DNA from: Octopus vulgaris
Taxonomy: Eukaryota
DNA length: 64,000 bases
Direction of reading: 5' to 3'
Assembly: GCA_951406725.2 (NCBI GenBank)
Contig: OX597822.1
Span: forward strand, 74,710,001-74,774,000
The translations under genes were made by a program, and so were the position numbers. Positions 40,035 to 54,620 of this stretch are shown piece by piece (positions within the stretch are counted from its first letter, which is position 1; every line of letters begins with the position of its first letter). Under the pieces are notes generated by a model. That model saw only the letters and a list, made by a program, of their open reading frames with translations. It was not told the origin of the DNA and did not search any database.

Positions 40035-42112
40035 AGGTGGAACATTGCTATTGAGAGAAACAGTGACTATGTTGAGAAGTAGGGATGTGATCCACAGGGG
40101 GCCAGCTTTATTTTGAGGTATGATACATGTTCCTGTGTTGGTAATTATAGCTGTCCTAAACAAAATGGCATTTCTTTTTCACTCATCCTCTTAGTTTTGC
40201 TGATGAACGGCTTATTACACTAGGCTGATGAAAATAAGTACCAGTGATATACTGAGGTTAATCCATTTGATCATAAAACCTTTTGCCAAACTTGGTTTTG
40301 TGATTATCGAACAGAACCCTTAGGGAAGGTTCTTCCCAAAGCTCCCCATGGACCAACCCTATTTATAAAAAGAGCCTATGATTCATTTAAATGGTTATCT
40401 TTTATCTTTTATTTGTTTCAGTCACTGGACTGTGGCCATACTGGGGCACTGTCCTGAAAGGGTTTAGTCGAACAAATCAACCCCAATACTTATGTTTTGT
40501 TTAAAGTTGGGGTACTTATTCTATTAGTCTCTTTTGCTGAGCTGAAAAGAATGACTGGGACGTAAACAAACCAACACCGGTTGTCAGGTGGTTAGGAGAT
40601 AGCTACAAACACAAAGAAACACACACATACATACACATGTGTGTATATATATATATACACATACACACTCACACACACATATACACACATATATACAGTG
40701 GGCATCCTTTGATTTCCGTCCACCAAATTGACTCACAAGGCTATGGTTGTTCCGGGCCTATAGTAGCAGACACATACTCAAGGTGCCACGCTGAGAGATT
40801 GAACCCTAAACCATGTGGTTGGGAAGCAAACTTCTTATGACACAGCTATGCCTGGTTACCCAAAATAGGTTTATAATTAGTATCCGGTTTAATATGGTAT
40901 TGAAGGGGAATGGGGGAAGCAGAAATGAACTCATCATCCCAATTTTAAATTATCAAAAATAGTTGAACGCTGACAGGACCTAAACATTTGTTGACAATCA
41001 TTAATCTACTTTTAGTTTTGTTCCATTATATTCAGTTAAATCAACAAAATAATGTTTATGCATTTTACTTTAATCAACAACCTATTTGCTTTCGTTGTTA
41101 TGGGAAACTTTTATGAATCAGCTTTATCAGAGAGATTATAGAAAACATGAAGTTCATTTCCTGCTCCAGTACGTCTGCCCTATCCTCACTATTAACAAAT
41201 TAACAAACAGATATGCTAATGTGTCACTGTGAGATATGAGAACTCACGGGACCTTAATAACTGTCATTTAACCAGAAAATCTATTATCAGTCATAACCAT
41301 GAAATAAACATTGGGAAAACAATGAAAATGCAAGTTTCATGACAAATGTTTTAGAATTCCATATCAGTTACAGAAACAGGAGACTACTTCAACCTCTCCC
41401 AATGTCTTCTGTTATTCTTGAAGCCATTTAATTTTGCTGGATTATTTTTTAAAAATTTTTTATCTAGTTTCAGCTCACAAGCTGTGGCCATGCTGACTAT
41501 GCTTAATACTTACTCAATCAACCCATTTTAAGTTTGCATATTTGACCAAAATAACGTTTGTCTTGAAGCAGACTTCTATTATGAGGACAGAACAATTCCA
41601 AAACCATATTGTATCGATTTCTCTTCATTTATAATAATAATTGCGAGATACTCTTTTACTTGTTTCAGTCTTTTGACTGCAGCCATGCTGGAGCACAACC
41701 TTTAGTCATGCAAATTAACCCCAGGATTTATTCTTTGTCAGCCTAGTACTTATTCTATCAATGTCTTTTGCTGAACCGCTAAGATACGGGGACATTAACA
41801 CACCAGCATCGATTGTCAAGCGATGTTGGGGGGAAAAACACACACACACACATACATATATATATACACATATATATATACAACGGGCTTCTTTTAGTTT
41901 CTGTCTACCAAATCCACTCACAAGGCTTTGGTCGGCCCGAGGCTATTGTAGAAGACACTTGCCCAAGGTGTCACACAGAGGGACTGAACCCGAAACCATG
42001 TGATTGGTAAGCAAGCTACTTACCACACAGCCACTCCTATGGCTACACAGCTACTCCTACAGCTCGATCTTTTGTAAAATAGAATTAACATGTAATCAGC
42101 ACATTAGTGTAT

Positions 42113-42214
<102 letters not shown>

Positions 42215-42410
42215 AAAACAGTTTGATTCAAATTCTTTGGTACTTTAAGTTTCAGTCATTGGAAATTGCAATCAATGTGTTGAGTACCCTTCTTTCATTT
42301 TTCCACCCACTTGCATATATATGTACGTGTATATATATATATATATATATGAAAATTGAACAAGGGGACGAAATCTTGAGATATTGTTAAACCATTTATA
42401 TCTTGAATTA

Positions 42411-42492
42411 TTCTACATATGTTTCGACAGATGCACTCCAAAATGTCTGACAGGATAAATTATGGTCAGCAATGCACCAATCTCATCAGGAA
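42411..42492 (-). ncRNA. Type I hammerhead ribozyme motif
   Basis: TTC-CTGATGA-GATTGGTGCA...TGCATCTGTC-GAAAC-ATAT-GTA-GAA. Stem I extends via ATTTATATC/GATATAAAT. Confidence 0.85.
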
Positions 42493-42612
42493 GGATATAA
42501 ATAACAAACTCATCAAGCACTTATGCAACATTTAGCTACCTTCGATTTTCCTTTAAATTCCTCTGGATTTTCCCTTTAAATTGTAAATTCTATATATATA
42601 TATGTATGTATG

Positions 42613-42652
<40 letters not shown>

Positions 42653-43231
42653 TATATAGTTAAAATTTACAGAAAAGCAAAAGATGAATGACAGGTGTAT
42701 AAACAACAAGAAGGTGTATTAGTTTGATGCTCAGGGAGGTGAGAAAGTCTTTTATGTTTCGAGCCAATGCTCTTCAGCAGAAAGAAACATGAGGAAATAA
42801 ACAGAGAGAGAATAAAAAAAACTTTTGGAGTTAGCAATCAATCATATGTGTGTGTGTGTGTGTATGTGTGTGTGTGTATGTGTATGTGTGTGTGTGTATG
42901 TATGTGTGTGTGTATGTATATATCTATATGTATATACACACGTACACAAACACACACACACATACATATGAATAGATAGATAGATAGACAGATAAAAAGA
43001 TAGATAGATACTCTTTTACTTGTTTCAGTCATGTGACTGTGGCCATACTGGAGCACCCCCTCTAGTCAAGCAAATCAACCCCAAGACTTATTCTTTGTAA
43101 GCCTGGTATTTATTCTATCGGTCTCTTTTGCCAAGCTGCTAACTTACAGGGACGTAAACACACCAGCATCGGTTGTCAAGTGATGTTGGGGGTGGGGGTG
43201 GACACAAACACACAAATATATACACACATGA

Positions 43232-43272
<41 letters not shown>

Positions 43273-43445
43273 CACATATATACGATGGGCTTCTTTCAGT
43301 TTCCGTCTACCAAATCCACTCACAAGGCTTTGGTCAGCCCGAGACTATAGTAGAAGACAATTGCCCAAGATGCCACGCAGTGGGACTGAACCCAGAACCA
43401 TGTGGTTCATAAGCAAGCTACTTACCACACAACCACTCCTACACC

Positions 43446-43493
<48 letters not shown>

Positions 43494-44275
43494 CAGCCCA
43501 CAATACTGGATTAAATGAATCTGCAGAATTTTTTCAATTTTATGGAACCGTATAATAACAATAGTACTACAGCTCTATCTAGTTTTGAGATGTTTCTAAT
43601 TTCGAGATGAACAACATCAGCAAAGTGATTCTCTTTTCACTTTTCTTTTGTTTCACTTATTGGATTGCGGCCATGCTGGGGTACCGTCCTGAAGGACGTA
43701 GTCCAACGAACCGCCTCCACCCTCTCCAGTTTTTATTGTTTTAAAGTTTTTATTGCTATTATTATTCTGTCCAGCGTTTTTCACCGAACTACTTAATTAC
43801 AGGGATGTAAACAAACCGACATCGGTTGTCAAGTATTAGTTGCGGGGACAAACACACACACACATACACACACTATTCCTTATTTCTTTATTGCCCACAA
43901 GGGACCAAACATAGAGGGGACAAACAAGGAGTTTAAGTTGATTACATCGACCCCAGTGTGTAACTGGTACTTAATTCATCAACCCCAAAAGGATGAAAGG
44001 TAAAGTCGACCTTGGTGAAATTTGAACTCAGAACGTAACGGCAGACGAAATACCACTAAGCATTTCGCCCGGCGTGCTAATGTTTCTGCCAACTTGCCAC
44101 CTATCAACCAAATTCACTCACAATGCGTTTGTCAGCCCGAATGCTATAATATACAGCACTTTCCCAAGATGTCACGTAGTGGGGGATTGAGCCTGAAACC
44201 AATGGTTGCAAAGCGATCTTCTTAACCACACAGCCACCACAGCACACCAAAAAGCAACAAAGAAAATATACTTAC

Positions 44276-44439
44276 TGCAAGCTATACCAACATCCTGTTT
44301 ATGATTACATTCAGTCGTACCCCAGATATTTCCGGTGCAGTCGGCAATAGATTGTTCTGCGCCACTACAATTGGCTTCATCCACCCAGATTGATCCAAAA
44401 CCGGATTTAAAGGTTCCTAATGGTTTAGTTGTAGCATCA
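44276..44439 (-). CDS. SRCR domain 6 C-half exon
   Basis: 164 nt, DATTKPLGTFKSGFGSIWVDEANCSGAEQSIADC...CNHKQDVGIAC. Confidence 0.95.
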
Positions 44440-46001
44440 CTACAAGAACAACAACAATAAAACAAAAAAATACAATTAAATAATCACGAATACTAGTAGT
44501 AGTTTTGGTGGTGGTGATTGGGGTGGCGGTTGTGATGAGGTTGGTAGCAGTAGGGGCAGTCGAGGTGTAGTTGTAGTAGTAGTCGTGTCGGTGGTGGTGA
44601 TAGTAGTGATGGTGCTGTTGGCAGCAGTCGTCGTTATGGTGATGATGGCGGTGGTGGTGGTAGTAATAGTGGTAGTAGTAGTAGTAGTAGTATCGGTAAT
44701 GGTGGTGGTGATTGTGAATTGGGGTGGAAGTAGTAGTAGGGGTAGTTGTAGTTTAGTAGTAGTAGTAGTAGTAGTGAATGATTTATTTCATTTGCTAACA
44801 TGGGTGACTGCTTAGAGGACACAACAACAATAGATGACAGAAATGGGAATCGGGATGCTGGCACATCATCATCATCATCATCATAATCATCATTTAACGT
44901 TCATCTTTCCATGCTTACACAGGTCAAACGAAATTTGTCCAGGTAAATCTTCATCCGTTTCCATGCAAGGTAATATTTTCCCGTAGTTAGACATGTTTTT
45001 CATGTAAGACTGGAATTGAACAGCTTCGCTTGTATGACGATGATGTTCATTTACAACCATCACGTGATGTCAAGAAAAGGGTACACACACACACACACAC
45101 TCATGTATACAGCAAGATTATTTCATTTTCCATCTATCAATTTCGCTTACAAAGGACTGGGTGGCCTGGGGCTATATCAGAAGAATCTTGCCTAAGGTGC
45201 TATGCAATGGGACTGAATCCAAGAAGCAGTGAATATTTGTAAAACATTTCAGGGATTCTCCTGTTCAGGATTCCCTATTTAAGCACACAACAAGGATTCC
45301 CTATTTAATAACACCCACGTTAAGGATTCTCCATTTATGCACACCAGCATTGAAGATTCTCTATATTGAAGGTACCCTATTTATCCTACGCACACTCATA
45401 CGCTCAACACACACACACACACGCGCAAACACACACACACACACACATCAACCAATTCAGGTAACCGCAACCCCTCAAACGTTGTCTTCACTTAAGCAAA
45501 AGAGCCTTGTCACTATTCTGACCTGCTTGAATTCTCCAAGGGCAAAAGTATAAAATAAATCCCAATGGAAGCATCCATGTGTACATGGATCCATCCATCC
45601 ATCCATGAACAAATTTAAGGACAAGAACCTGAGAATTTTGTGACCTTCATAGATTTCCCTTCAGCTAAATAATCCTTTCTACCAAAGGCACAAGGCCTGA
45701 AATTTGAGTGTAGGGGAATAGTCGATTAGATCGGCCCCAGTACTCAACTGGTACTTAATTAATGACCTCGAAAAGATGAAAGGCAAAGTCGACCTCGGTG
45801 GAATTTGAACTCAGAACGTAAAGACAGACAAAATACTGCTAAGCATTTTGCCCGGTGAGCTAACGATTCTGCCAGCTCACCACCTTCTCTTCAGCTAAAT
45901 AATGCAGTGGCTCTGAAACCAGAAATCGAAACTGGATATAGACCCTGACCATGAGGGATATTATCTAAACTAGGCATCATTCCATTTGTATGATTTCTTA
46001 C

Positions 46002-46146
46002 CTGTATCCCAGCATACGGCAGATGACTAATGCATCTCTTCGGTCCCATCCTCGTTCACACACTGTGCCCCAGGCGCCATTATAAAAAACCTCCACGCGG
46101 CCGTTGCTTCTGTTGGTGCCATCAACTAATCGAGTCGTGACATTTA
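46002..46146 (-). CDS. SRCR domain 6 N-half exon
   Basis: 145 nt, [47 protein letters not shown]. Confidence 0.95.
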
Positions 46147-47094
46147 CTACAACGAAAAAAGAGTTTATAAACAAGCGTATCCTTTTATTCATTTTTTATT
46201 ATGCTCATTCTTTTGACTGCAGATTTACTGAGGCATTTTCTTCAAAGGCGTTTTTTAGTCATGACATCGACTCTTGTAGCTATTTCACTTTATTTCTATA
46301 TTATGAACCTCTGTCTACCTGTGGCATAGTGGGTGATGCACCAGAAATGAAAGGAGATGTTAGTGAGTGATGCACTGGAAATGAGGGTGGACATGACATC
46401 GGATGATGAAACAAGCGATTTAAGTGTTCGCTTTTTGTTTGGTCACAGATCGACAACAGATGCATGCAATTAATGGGTCCTAGGGAATTCAATCTACTGG
46501 CAAGCAGGTAGGGCATAGAGTGACTTGGGGGTCGCACAACAAATTCCAATCAGTGGTTGAGCAGTTTCTGTCTGGATTGTTTACCAGCTAAACCTAAGAG
46601 GCCTTTTCTATCCTTGACACTTCAGTATCGAATAACCAGCTTGCTTATTCCTGCAAAGCGATGCAACTTGGCACAGTGGTATATGCACAGACACATATAA
46701 TGTTGGAACATGCAAGTTTCAATACTGCAGTGTGAACAATGGTTTCATTTCGGGTAAAAGAAATCTTTGGAGTGATACAACCATTCAAAATGGAAATAAT
46801 ATAAGTACCATGTTAGTCTTTTGTCTAGTATGAAGTCACTGGACATCCTGAGACATTCCAACTTCCAATTCACATAATAAATCTTTATAAATAACCCACA
46901 TTGAGGAGTTCTTTGTGTTTAGAGGTAATAGTACTATGTACAAATTACTCACTGTTCATGTGTGTGTGTATGCGTGTGCGCACATCTGTATGCGCATGTA
47001 TGTATGTATGTATGTATGTATGTATGTACATGTGTATGTATAGTTCTATATTTAAGAGATGAGGAATTATGTACATTATTTACATTATTTATAT

Positions 47095-47135
47095 CTGATG
47101 AAAGCTGGAGGGTATATCAGCCGAAACATTATGTT
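47095..47135 (+). ncRNA. Hammerhead-like core
   Basis: CTGATGA-AAGCTG...CAGCC-GAAAC-ATTAT-GTT; stem I poor. Confidence 0.45.
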
Positions 47136-48185
47136 AACAACAAACAAAATGTAAATAATGTAAATAATGTATGTATGTATGCATTTATCTATGTATCTTA
47201 GCAGGCTTAAACAGGAGAATTTGAGTGTTTTATTTGCAACATTCTAAATTGTATACATTTATATGTTTTTCACTTGCGGATATTGGTACATTATGCAATA
47301 ACTGTTGCATAAACAGTTGCATTATAGGGTTGAAACGCTATATCTTTGCACTGCGAACCAACTTGTGATGGTTATTTTGTATTGAATTGAATTACAATAT
47401 TTTTCTGAAGATCTGATGCGACCATTTATATAACGATTATCACATAACGAAAGAGTATTTGCGAGTGAAACATGTGTAAAATAATGTGTTGTTTTTAAAA
47501 AAAAGGCTCAAGCAAACTTCCCTGTTTTAATCTGCACTCAGGTATACACTCTGTAAATGTATATAATATTTATATGATATGGAGGACAAATAGCATTTAA
47601 TATTCAATTGAAATTTAGATAAACAAGGATGTATATGAAATTCTAAACATTGGTTAACTGTTACTGCTTGATCAGGTAAATTTGCTATGTAAAGCTCCCC
47701 TGCTGCTTGGTAAATTTGTATTCAACTTTGAGAGTTTGCATTCATTTCAGGCACTGTCGATAATAAAACATCTGTAGAAAAGATAGTTTTGATGTTCTAA
47801 ATTCACTCTTAAAGGCCCATAAAAATGTAGTGAACAGGTTTAAAAACATGTTGCATAATGTGCCATTTTATTTAAATTCCTCTACCCAACTCTATGGTTA
47901 AATACTTTGTTCATATGAACTATTGGGAGTCAAGAAATACTTAATTCATCCAGTATACACAAATGAGGCGAGTATTGAGGCTAAAATACATCTGACACTT
48001 TTGTTGTCTGCTGTTGCGATGAACTCTTGTCTCTCTCTGATATTTATTGTGTTTTAAACATGTCATGTCCATAAGAGATTTACTGCAATAACTTGCCTTT
48101 TGTCATTAAGTATAATACATAAATGACTTTTAATTAATTAATTATTTTTTATTAAGTAAATAATGCATTAATTATCACTACTTAC

Positions 48186-48349
48186 AGCAATGGACACCAG
48201 CTGCACCTGGATACTTGCAATGGGATTGACCCCATGGGCTATGGCTGCAGTTGGCAATGGAATATTCATTGCCAAGGCACTCCACTTCATCAAGGACTAT
48301 TGAATGGTTGCCTCTTCCAAATTTTCCATTAGTGTAGGCCACTGCATCG
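48186..48349 (-). CDS. SRCR domain 5 C-half exon
   Basis: 164 nt, DAVAYTNGKFGRGNHSIVLDEVECLGNEYSIANC...CKYPGAAGVHC. Confidence 0.95.
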
Positions 48350-49408
48350 CTGTAATTAAGGGAAGATGTTGCAAAGTTAGATAAAAAAAAAACACTTAAA
48401 AGCATTAACAACAGTATCAACAACAACAACAATTTTTAAAAACCAATTGCAGTGGAACATTTTTTTTTTTGTTGGGCTCTAAGCTTCCAAGGCGTAGAAG
48501 TGACCGAGATCATGACATTCCCACTGAAGGAGATGCTGGTTCATTGCAAGGTCCAAGACGAGGGGTGAGTTGAGTACATTGACCCAAATACTTGGCTGGT
48601 ACTTTATTTTATCAATCCCTAAGGGATGAAAGAAAAAGTTGACCTCAGCAGGATTTGAACTTAGAACGTAAAGAGCCGGAAGATATGCCGCTGAGCATTT
48701 TGTCCAACGTGCTAATGATTCTACCAGCTTGCCCTCCAAGCAGAGCCTTAATTCCTGACAATTTCTCATATTGGAACAAAGCCAATAATTTGTATGATGG
48801 GAATGCAATTTATTGAATTGACCCAGTGTGGTATGATTGATACTTTTTATCGACCTTGGAGGGATGAAATACAAAGTTGACAACGGCAAGATTAGAACTC
48901 AAAGCCGAGGTAGGTGAAAATAGACGCATTTAATTTGTCAGTTTAAATGATTCCTAGTTATTATTGTCTCATTCACTATAATGGCATGCATGCACCCCCT
49001 CCCCTGCTACACCCACCCAACATCTTAACAGTTATAGGAATAGGTTATTTTGAGTCTACACAGTTGCTGTACATACATACACATGTATGTATGTATGTAT
49101 GCAATATATATATACATATATATACACATTAATTTTTTATATAAATAAGGATAAGACTATTATTCAAAATAATGATCAAAACAAGTGGCCATATCATGGT
49201 TTATCTCACTGAAAAGACAAAGTATATTTTTATATAGAGTCAGAAACCCAGGGTCCAGGATTATCCAGAATTTTGCTAGTTTATTTGTCTATTTGTCTTT
49301 TCACCTTGTGCTATATGAATACTTGATGTGGTTTTATAGTCAGTCTTTGGCTGCCATCTCTAGCATGGTGGTATCTTGGATACCCTCAATTATAATTTTA
49401 TATACAAT

Positions 49409-49472
<64 letters not shown>

Positions 49473-49596
49473 TATATATGTGTATATAGATATATGTATA
49501 TCTATCTATCTATCTGTCTGTCTGTCTATCTATCTTTATACATCGAAGTACAAAAATTTCTGTACAATCCACGTAGGTAGAGAATTATGTACTTAC

Positions 49597-49741
49597 TGAT
49601 AGCCAAGCATACGACAGACAACAAGAGCATCACTTCGATCCCAGTTGTCTTCACATACCGTACCCCATTTCCCAGCAATACCAATTTCCACTCGGCCCAG
49701 TCCAGGAACCATAGAGCCGAGAAGTTTGATCGCGACCTCTT
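49597..49741 (-). CDS. SRCR domain 5 N-half exon
   Basis: 145 nt, [47 protein letters not shown]. Confidence 0.95.
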
Positions 49742-50454
49742 CTGCAAAGAGAAAGAAAAGGGGGAAAAAAAACATACATCATATATTACAAAGGTTACTC
49801 ACTAATCAGAGAATTATAAATTTTATTTTTCGTATTTAAATCAGTAAAGAAAAGTGGTGCAGCTGGAGTGGTTCCTGGGGGTAGCTGTAGACTTTGCTGC
49901 TCCCTGGAAAACAGTCTATATAGGCTTATGCAGGAAACCCAGCACTGCAGTCTCCTGGGGAGGATCGCCCTTGCTCTCTTTTAAGTATGGAAATCGTAAA
50001 GGTCTTTCTTATGTTCTATAATTCTCTTATTCGTTTCAATCATTGGGCTGTGGACATGGTGTTGCATCACCTTAAAGGGTTTAGTTGATCAAATTCACTC
50101 CAGCACTTATTTTTTGACGATCGGTACATTTTCTGTCAGTTTGCTTTTTATCAAACCACGTGTGTGTATGTGTTTGTTTCCTTGGTTTTGGAAAGGTTAT
50201 AAGCAGCATATGTACTTATTCCGTAATTCACATATGGTTCTATATGTGGAAAAATTATTTAAAATTTTGCAAAGCTGAATATCAGTGCAAACCGGATACT
50301 AGTAAGTTAAATATGATTTCTTTTTCTTCTACCACAAATTCTCTTTTAACCAAAGCACACACAAAAAAGTACATACTAAATACTTTTTCTATACAAAAGA
50401 CTCAAAGTAACATGCGATCCATTTTTCCTTTTCTCCTTTTGCCATGTGTTATAT

Positions 50455-51020
50455 ATATGTGGTAGGCAATGTGGAAACTGGGGATTGATGAATGGTTAAT
50501 AAGGGCTGTACAGGTCCTATACAGAGAGGCCATTAGTAAGGTTAGGATTGGCAACAAGTATAGTGAAGAATTCCGGGTAGAAGTAGGAGTCCACCAAGAT
50601 TCAGCCTGCAGTCCCCTTTTATTCATTATAGTCCTCCAGGCAATAATAGAGGAATTCAAGATGGGTTGCCCCTGGGAGCTCCTCTATGCTGATGGCCTGG
50701 CCCTCATAGCAGAATCACTACCGGAACTAGAAAAAAAATTCTGGGTGTGGAAGCAAGGTTTAGAATCAAAAGGCCTTAGAGTCAATGTAGCAAAGACCAA
50801 AGTTCTAGTAAGTAGGAAGGCAAACTCATCACACACCCCCTCAGGTAGGTGGCCCTGCTCGATCTGTAGGAAAGGTATAGGTAGAAACTCCATAAGATGT
50901 ACCCAGTGTAAGCTATGGACACATAAGAGGTGCAGCAACATGAAAGGAAGATCAACCGAGAAGATAGCTTTCATGTGCGGCAGATGCACAGGGGCAATAA
51001 GCACCACAGATGCTCAGAAA
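50455..51020 (+). mobile_element. RTE-clade LINE reverse transcriptase fragment with PHD-like Cys/His finger
   Basis: GVHQDSACSPLLF, LLYADGLAL (YADD mutated), then WPCSICRKG...CTQCKLWTHKRC...CGRC. Confidence 0.88.
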
Positions 51021-51459
51021 ACTTTTTCTTATAATTTTCCTTCTTCTTTTCTCACCTTTTCTTTTGACCTCTCTCTTCATTTTAACATAAACATCTCTTC
51101 CCGCTCTCTATTCACTTAATACTACCATTACGTTCTCAAATTTTCATTCATACCACAAGATTCCTTTGAATGAACAGCACATGGAATCTATGTCTTCACA
51201 CTTTCCATTTGTGATGACAAAATATGAACTCCTATTGGAATTTACGTACCACAGACAGGAAGCATTCCTACCACTTCTACACTCTCCTTGGATAATGAAA
51301 CTGCGACTATAACATCTTTATACATTTTTATTTTCATTTCTACATTCATTCTCCTATTTCCCAACATACTCCCTATTTGCTCCCTTTTCCAATATATTGA
51401 ACTCTAATATTTCCCTCTATTTGCACTCTAATATTTCCCTCCATTTAACCACCTCACAT

Positions 51460-51510
51460 TAACTCTGATGAAGGGATATTCCTAATATCCTAGAAACAGC
51501 TTTAAGACTA
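51460..51510 (+). ncRNA. Degenerate hammerhead core
   Basis: CTGATGA-AGGGATATT-CCT-AATATCCTA-GAAAC-AGCT-TTA-AGA; one G>T change from a GAAACAGCTGTA palindromic stem III. Confidence 0.5.
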
Positions 51511-51803
51511 ACTTTCTCTTTATAAATGTCCTGAAAATTCCACACAGCCTTGTGTTTGTGTGTGTATATACACGATGGGCTTCCACATATTTTCTGTCTA
51601 CCAAATTCATTCACAAGGTAGTCATCAGTCTTGAACTATAAATAGTAGAAGACATTTGCCCAAGGTGCCACGCAATAGGAATGAACACAAAACTGTGTAG
51701 TTACCAACACAGCCATGTCCGCACCTATTTATTTATTTTCATATATTTTCACTTGAAGACAAAAGGAGATTAAAGAACATCAAAGATAAGTAAAATTCCT
51801 TAC

Positions 51804-51967
51804 TGCAAAATACACCGGCATCTTGAGAATGTTGGCATTTGCTTGAGTTCCAGTCAAGTCGATTACAGTTCGCAATGGAATATTCACTACCATTACAATT
51901 AACATTGTGCAGCCATACTGGTCCTGTACCAGGGCCATATTTTGCATTTTTATAAGCAATGCCATCA
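51804..51967 (-). CDS. SRCR domain 4 C-half exon
   Basis: 164 nt, DGIAYKNAKYGPGTGPVWLHNVNCNGSEYSIANC...CQHSQDAGVFC. Confidence 0.95.
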
Positions 51968-52900
51968 CTAAAAGCAAAAGAAAATGATTCATAAAAATAA
52001 ACAGAAAAGAGATTTAGCTTAAAATCAATGGTGGTCTGCACATGGAATATACATATGTGTTGTGTGTGTCGGTGTGTGTGTGTGTGTGTGTGTGTGTGTG
52101 GAATACCATCAGCAGGTGACACAATTTTTCTGGGTGCATTTCCTGCCAGGCCAGGGATTTCTGGAAGTTATCCAAGGTAGGCCTGAGCCTGAAAGTTTTC
52201 CAAAATAGACCAGCTAGTTCATCCATGTCGACACCTAGTTTCTTCGAGAAAGTCATCGCTCTTACCCACCGCTAGATTCATTTTTGTATCCCTGCCATAA
52301 GGCTTTATTTCCACACATGCCAGCTTAATTTAATTTGTCCTTAGTCGAAAGACACCTGTTGTTATGTCCTGTTATTTGTATTTGTGTAACATTCTCCGTT
52401 TTTTTTTTCCATCCTTGTTTTTGTATACATTCGCTGTTTTCTTCCAAGGAATCTAATGCTCTTAGCTTAGTTTTTCCTTGGGGCTGGCCAGATTGGAGAA
52501 ATCTCGAGTATAACCAGCCAAAATTGCAAAAATAATCTGGAACTCAACTGAGGAAAGAAAACTTTGAATGACCTGTCTTTGTTTTCTTTGTATCGTCTAT
52601 CTGGATGATTTGATGTCCCATTTTTGTATCATCTAACTGTCTGGATGTTTTGCGTTCTTGTCTCATTTTGCATTTTATATATATATAAATATATATATTG
52701 ATATATTGCTATAATAATAATAATAATAATAAGCTGCAGTAATAGAACATTAATCACATTAGTCATACCAATCATCCTAAATGATGAGCACTTATAAAAT
52801 ATAACAGGAAGATAGTGACTTCCTTTTTCCACAGCTAACTCACCAAATAGTTCTAAGAAATAAATATAATTAACAAGGTATGCCTGATCTATTGACCTAC

Positions 52901-53045
52901 CTGTAACCAATCATCCGACACACCACCACAGCATCATCATCATCCCAACCTTCATCACAGATGGTACCCCATCGTTCTTTAAACTTTATCTCAACGCGAC
53001 CGTTTGCAGGAGAGTCGCCGTCGACCAATCGAACTTCAACATTTT
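52901..53045 (-). CDS. SRCR domain 4 N-half exon
   Basis: 145 nt, NVEVRLVDGDSPANGRVEIKFKERWGTICDEGWDDDDAVVVCRMIGY. Confidence 0.95.
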
Positions 53046-53383
53046 CTGCAGATAGCAAGACATAGACCAAGTATGATTATTTGCTTACTTGCTATGTTAA
53101 CATACAGGAAGACCACAAATAATTGCAACAAAAAAGAAAATACATATGTACTGGCACACACATGCATGCATGCACACACAAACACACATGCATACATGTG
53201 TAAACAATATGTGTGTGTGTATATATATATATATGTATATATGTATGCATATATATGTAAAATTTAGATTCAGATGAATACGGTACTTAAGTTAAAGGCA
53301 CCAGAATTTAGTATGGTATTATCCATATAATTCAAAATGGGGTGATTATAATCAAAATAAGCAACAAGGATATCCAGAGGTAA

Positions 53384-53470
53384 TGCTGTACAATCGTTTC
53401 ATGCAACTCCATTTAATTGAACAATGCAAATATTACATCAATTTAAAATGAAGAGCAATCTTCAGCTGCA
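53384..53470 (-). ncRNA. Degenerate hammerhead motif (repeat family shared with 13959-14045)
   Basis: TGCAG-CTGAAGA-TTGC...GCAT-GAAAC-GATT-GTA-CAGCA. Confidence 0.6.
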
Positions 53471-54456
53471 TAAAAATATAGAATTTAGTTAAATTCGAAG
53501 GATTCATTTGTGTAGTTTTCTTATTATCCAAAATCACAAAGAGGATAAGTAGATAGACAAAGAACATGTTTTATCAACAACATCACAGTTGTAACTGAGA
53601 TTTGTTTCAAAGAAAGACACTGCTTATCATTGATTATATTTGTTATTCAGATTTACTGGGGGGGGGGAGTTTAGTTCTAATTTATAGACTAGTTTATCAA
53701 GTCTAATTTATTAGACTTGATAAATTAGTCTATAAAGTCTGGTTGACTCCAATTTTTTCAATTCACACACAACGGATGTCCAAACGCAAACCTGGAAGTA
53801 TGTATAATACTACTACTGGATAGTAGAGGGTGAAATCTGAAGGTGGACAAGCTTTATACTGTACTCTATGTATGTATGTATGTATGTATGTATGTATGTA
53901 TGTATGTATGTATGTATGTATGTATGCATGTATGCATGCATGTATGCATGTATGTATGTATAAGGAAGCAAGCTGGCAGAATTGTTAGCACGCTGGACGA
54001 AATGCTTAGTGGTATTTCGTTTGGTGCTACATTCTGAATTCAAATTCCACTGAGGTTGACTTTGCCTTTCATCCTTTCGGGGTTGATTAAATAAGTACCA
54101 GTTACACACTGGGGTCGATGTAATCGACCTAGTCCCTTTGTCTGTCCTTGTTTGTCCCCTCTACATTTAGCCCCTTGTGGGCAATAAAGAATTAAATATG
54201 TGTGTGTGTGTGTGTGTATTTGATTGGCTTCCACACAGTTTCCGTTTTCCAAATTTACGAACATGGCATTGGTCTGCCTGGGTCCATAGTAGAAGACTCT
54301 TGCCAAAGGTCGCATGCATTGGAAATGGAACAGAAACTACTTGGCTGCAAAACGATCTTCTTAACCAAACAGTTATGCCTACACTTATTATACAATATAT
54401 ATATAAATAAAGTAATAAATAAACATCATATATCTATAGATGTATGTGCTACTTAC

Positions 54457-54620
54457 TGCAATGGACTCCAACATCTTCCCGATGGGCACAATCGTGATGA
54501 CCCCAATCCCTTCTATCGCAGTCAGCTATAGAGAATTCTTTACCCGTGCAGTTCACTTCATCCAACCAGATTTTGCCTTGTCCTTCTCCATATGCTGCAT
54601 GTGTGTATGATAAACCATAA
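54457..54620 (-). CDS. SRCR domain 3 C-half exon
   Basis: 164 nt, YGLSYTHAAYGEGQGKIWLDEVNCTGKEFSIADC...CAHREDVGVHC. Confidence 0.95.

Noticed and set aside
42750-42785. CTGAAGAGC-ATTG-GCTCGAAAC hammerhead look-alike (also about 37534 and 34210-34290)
   Set aside because: Stem II overlaps the core, and there is no stem III or UH triplet.
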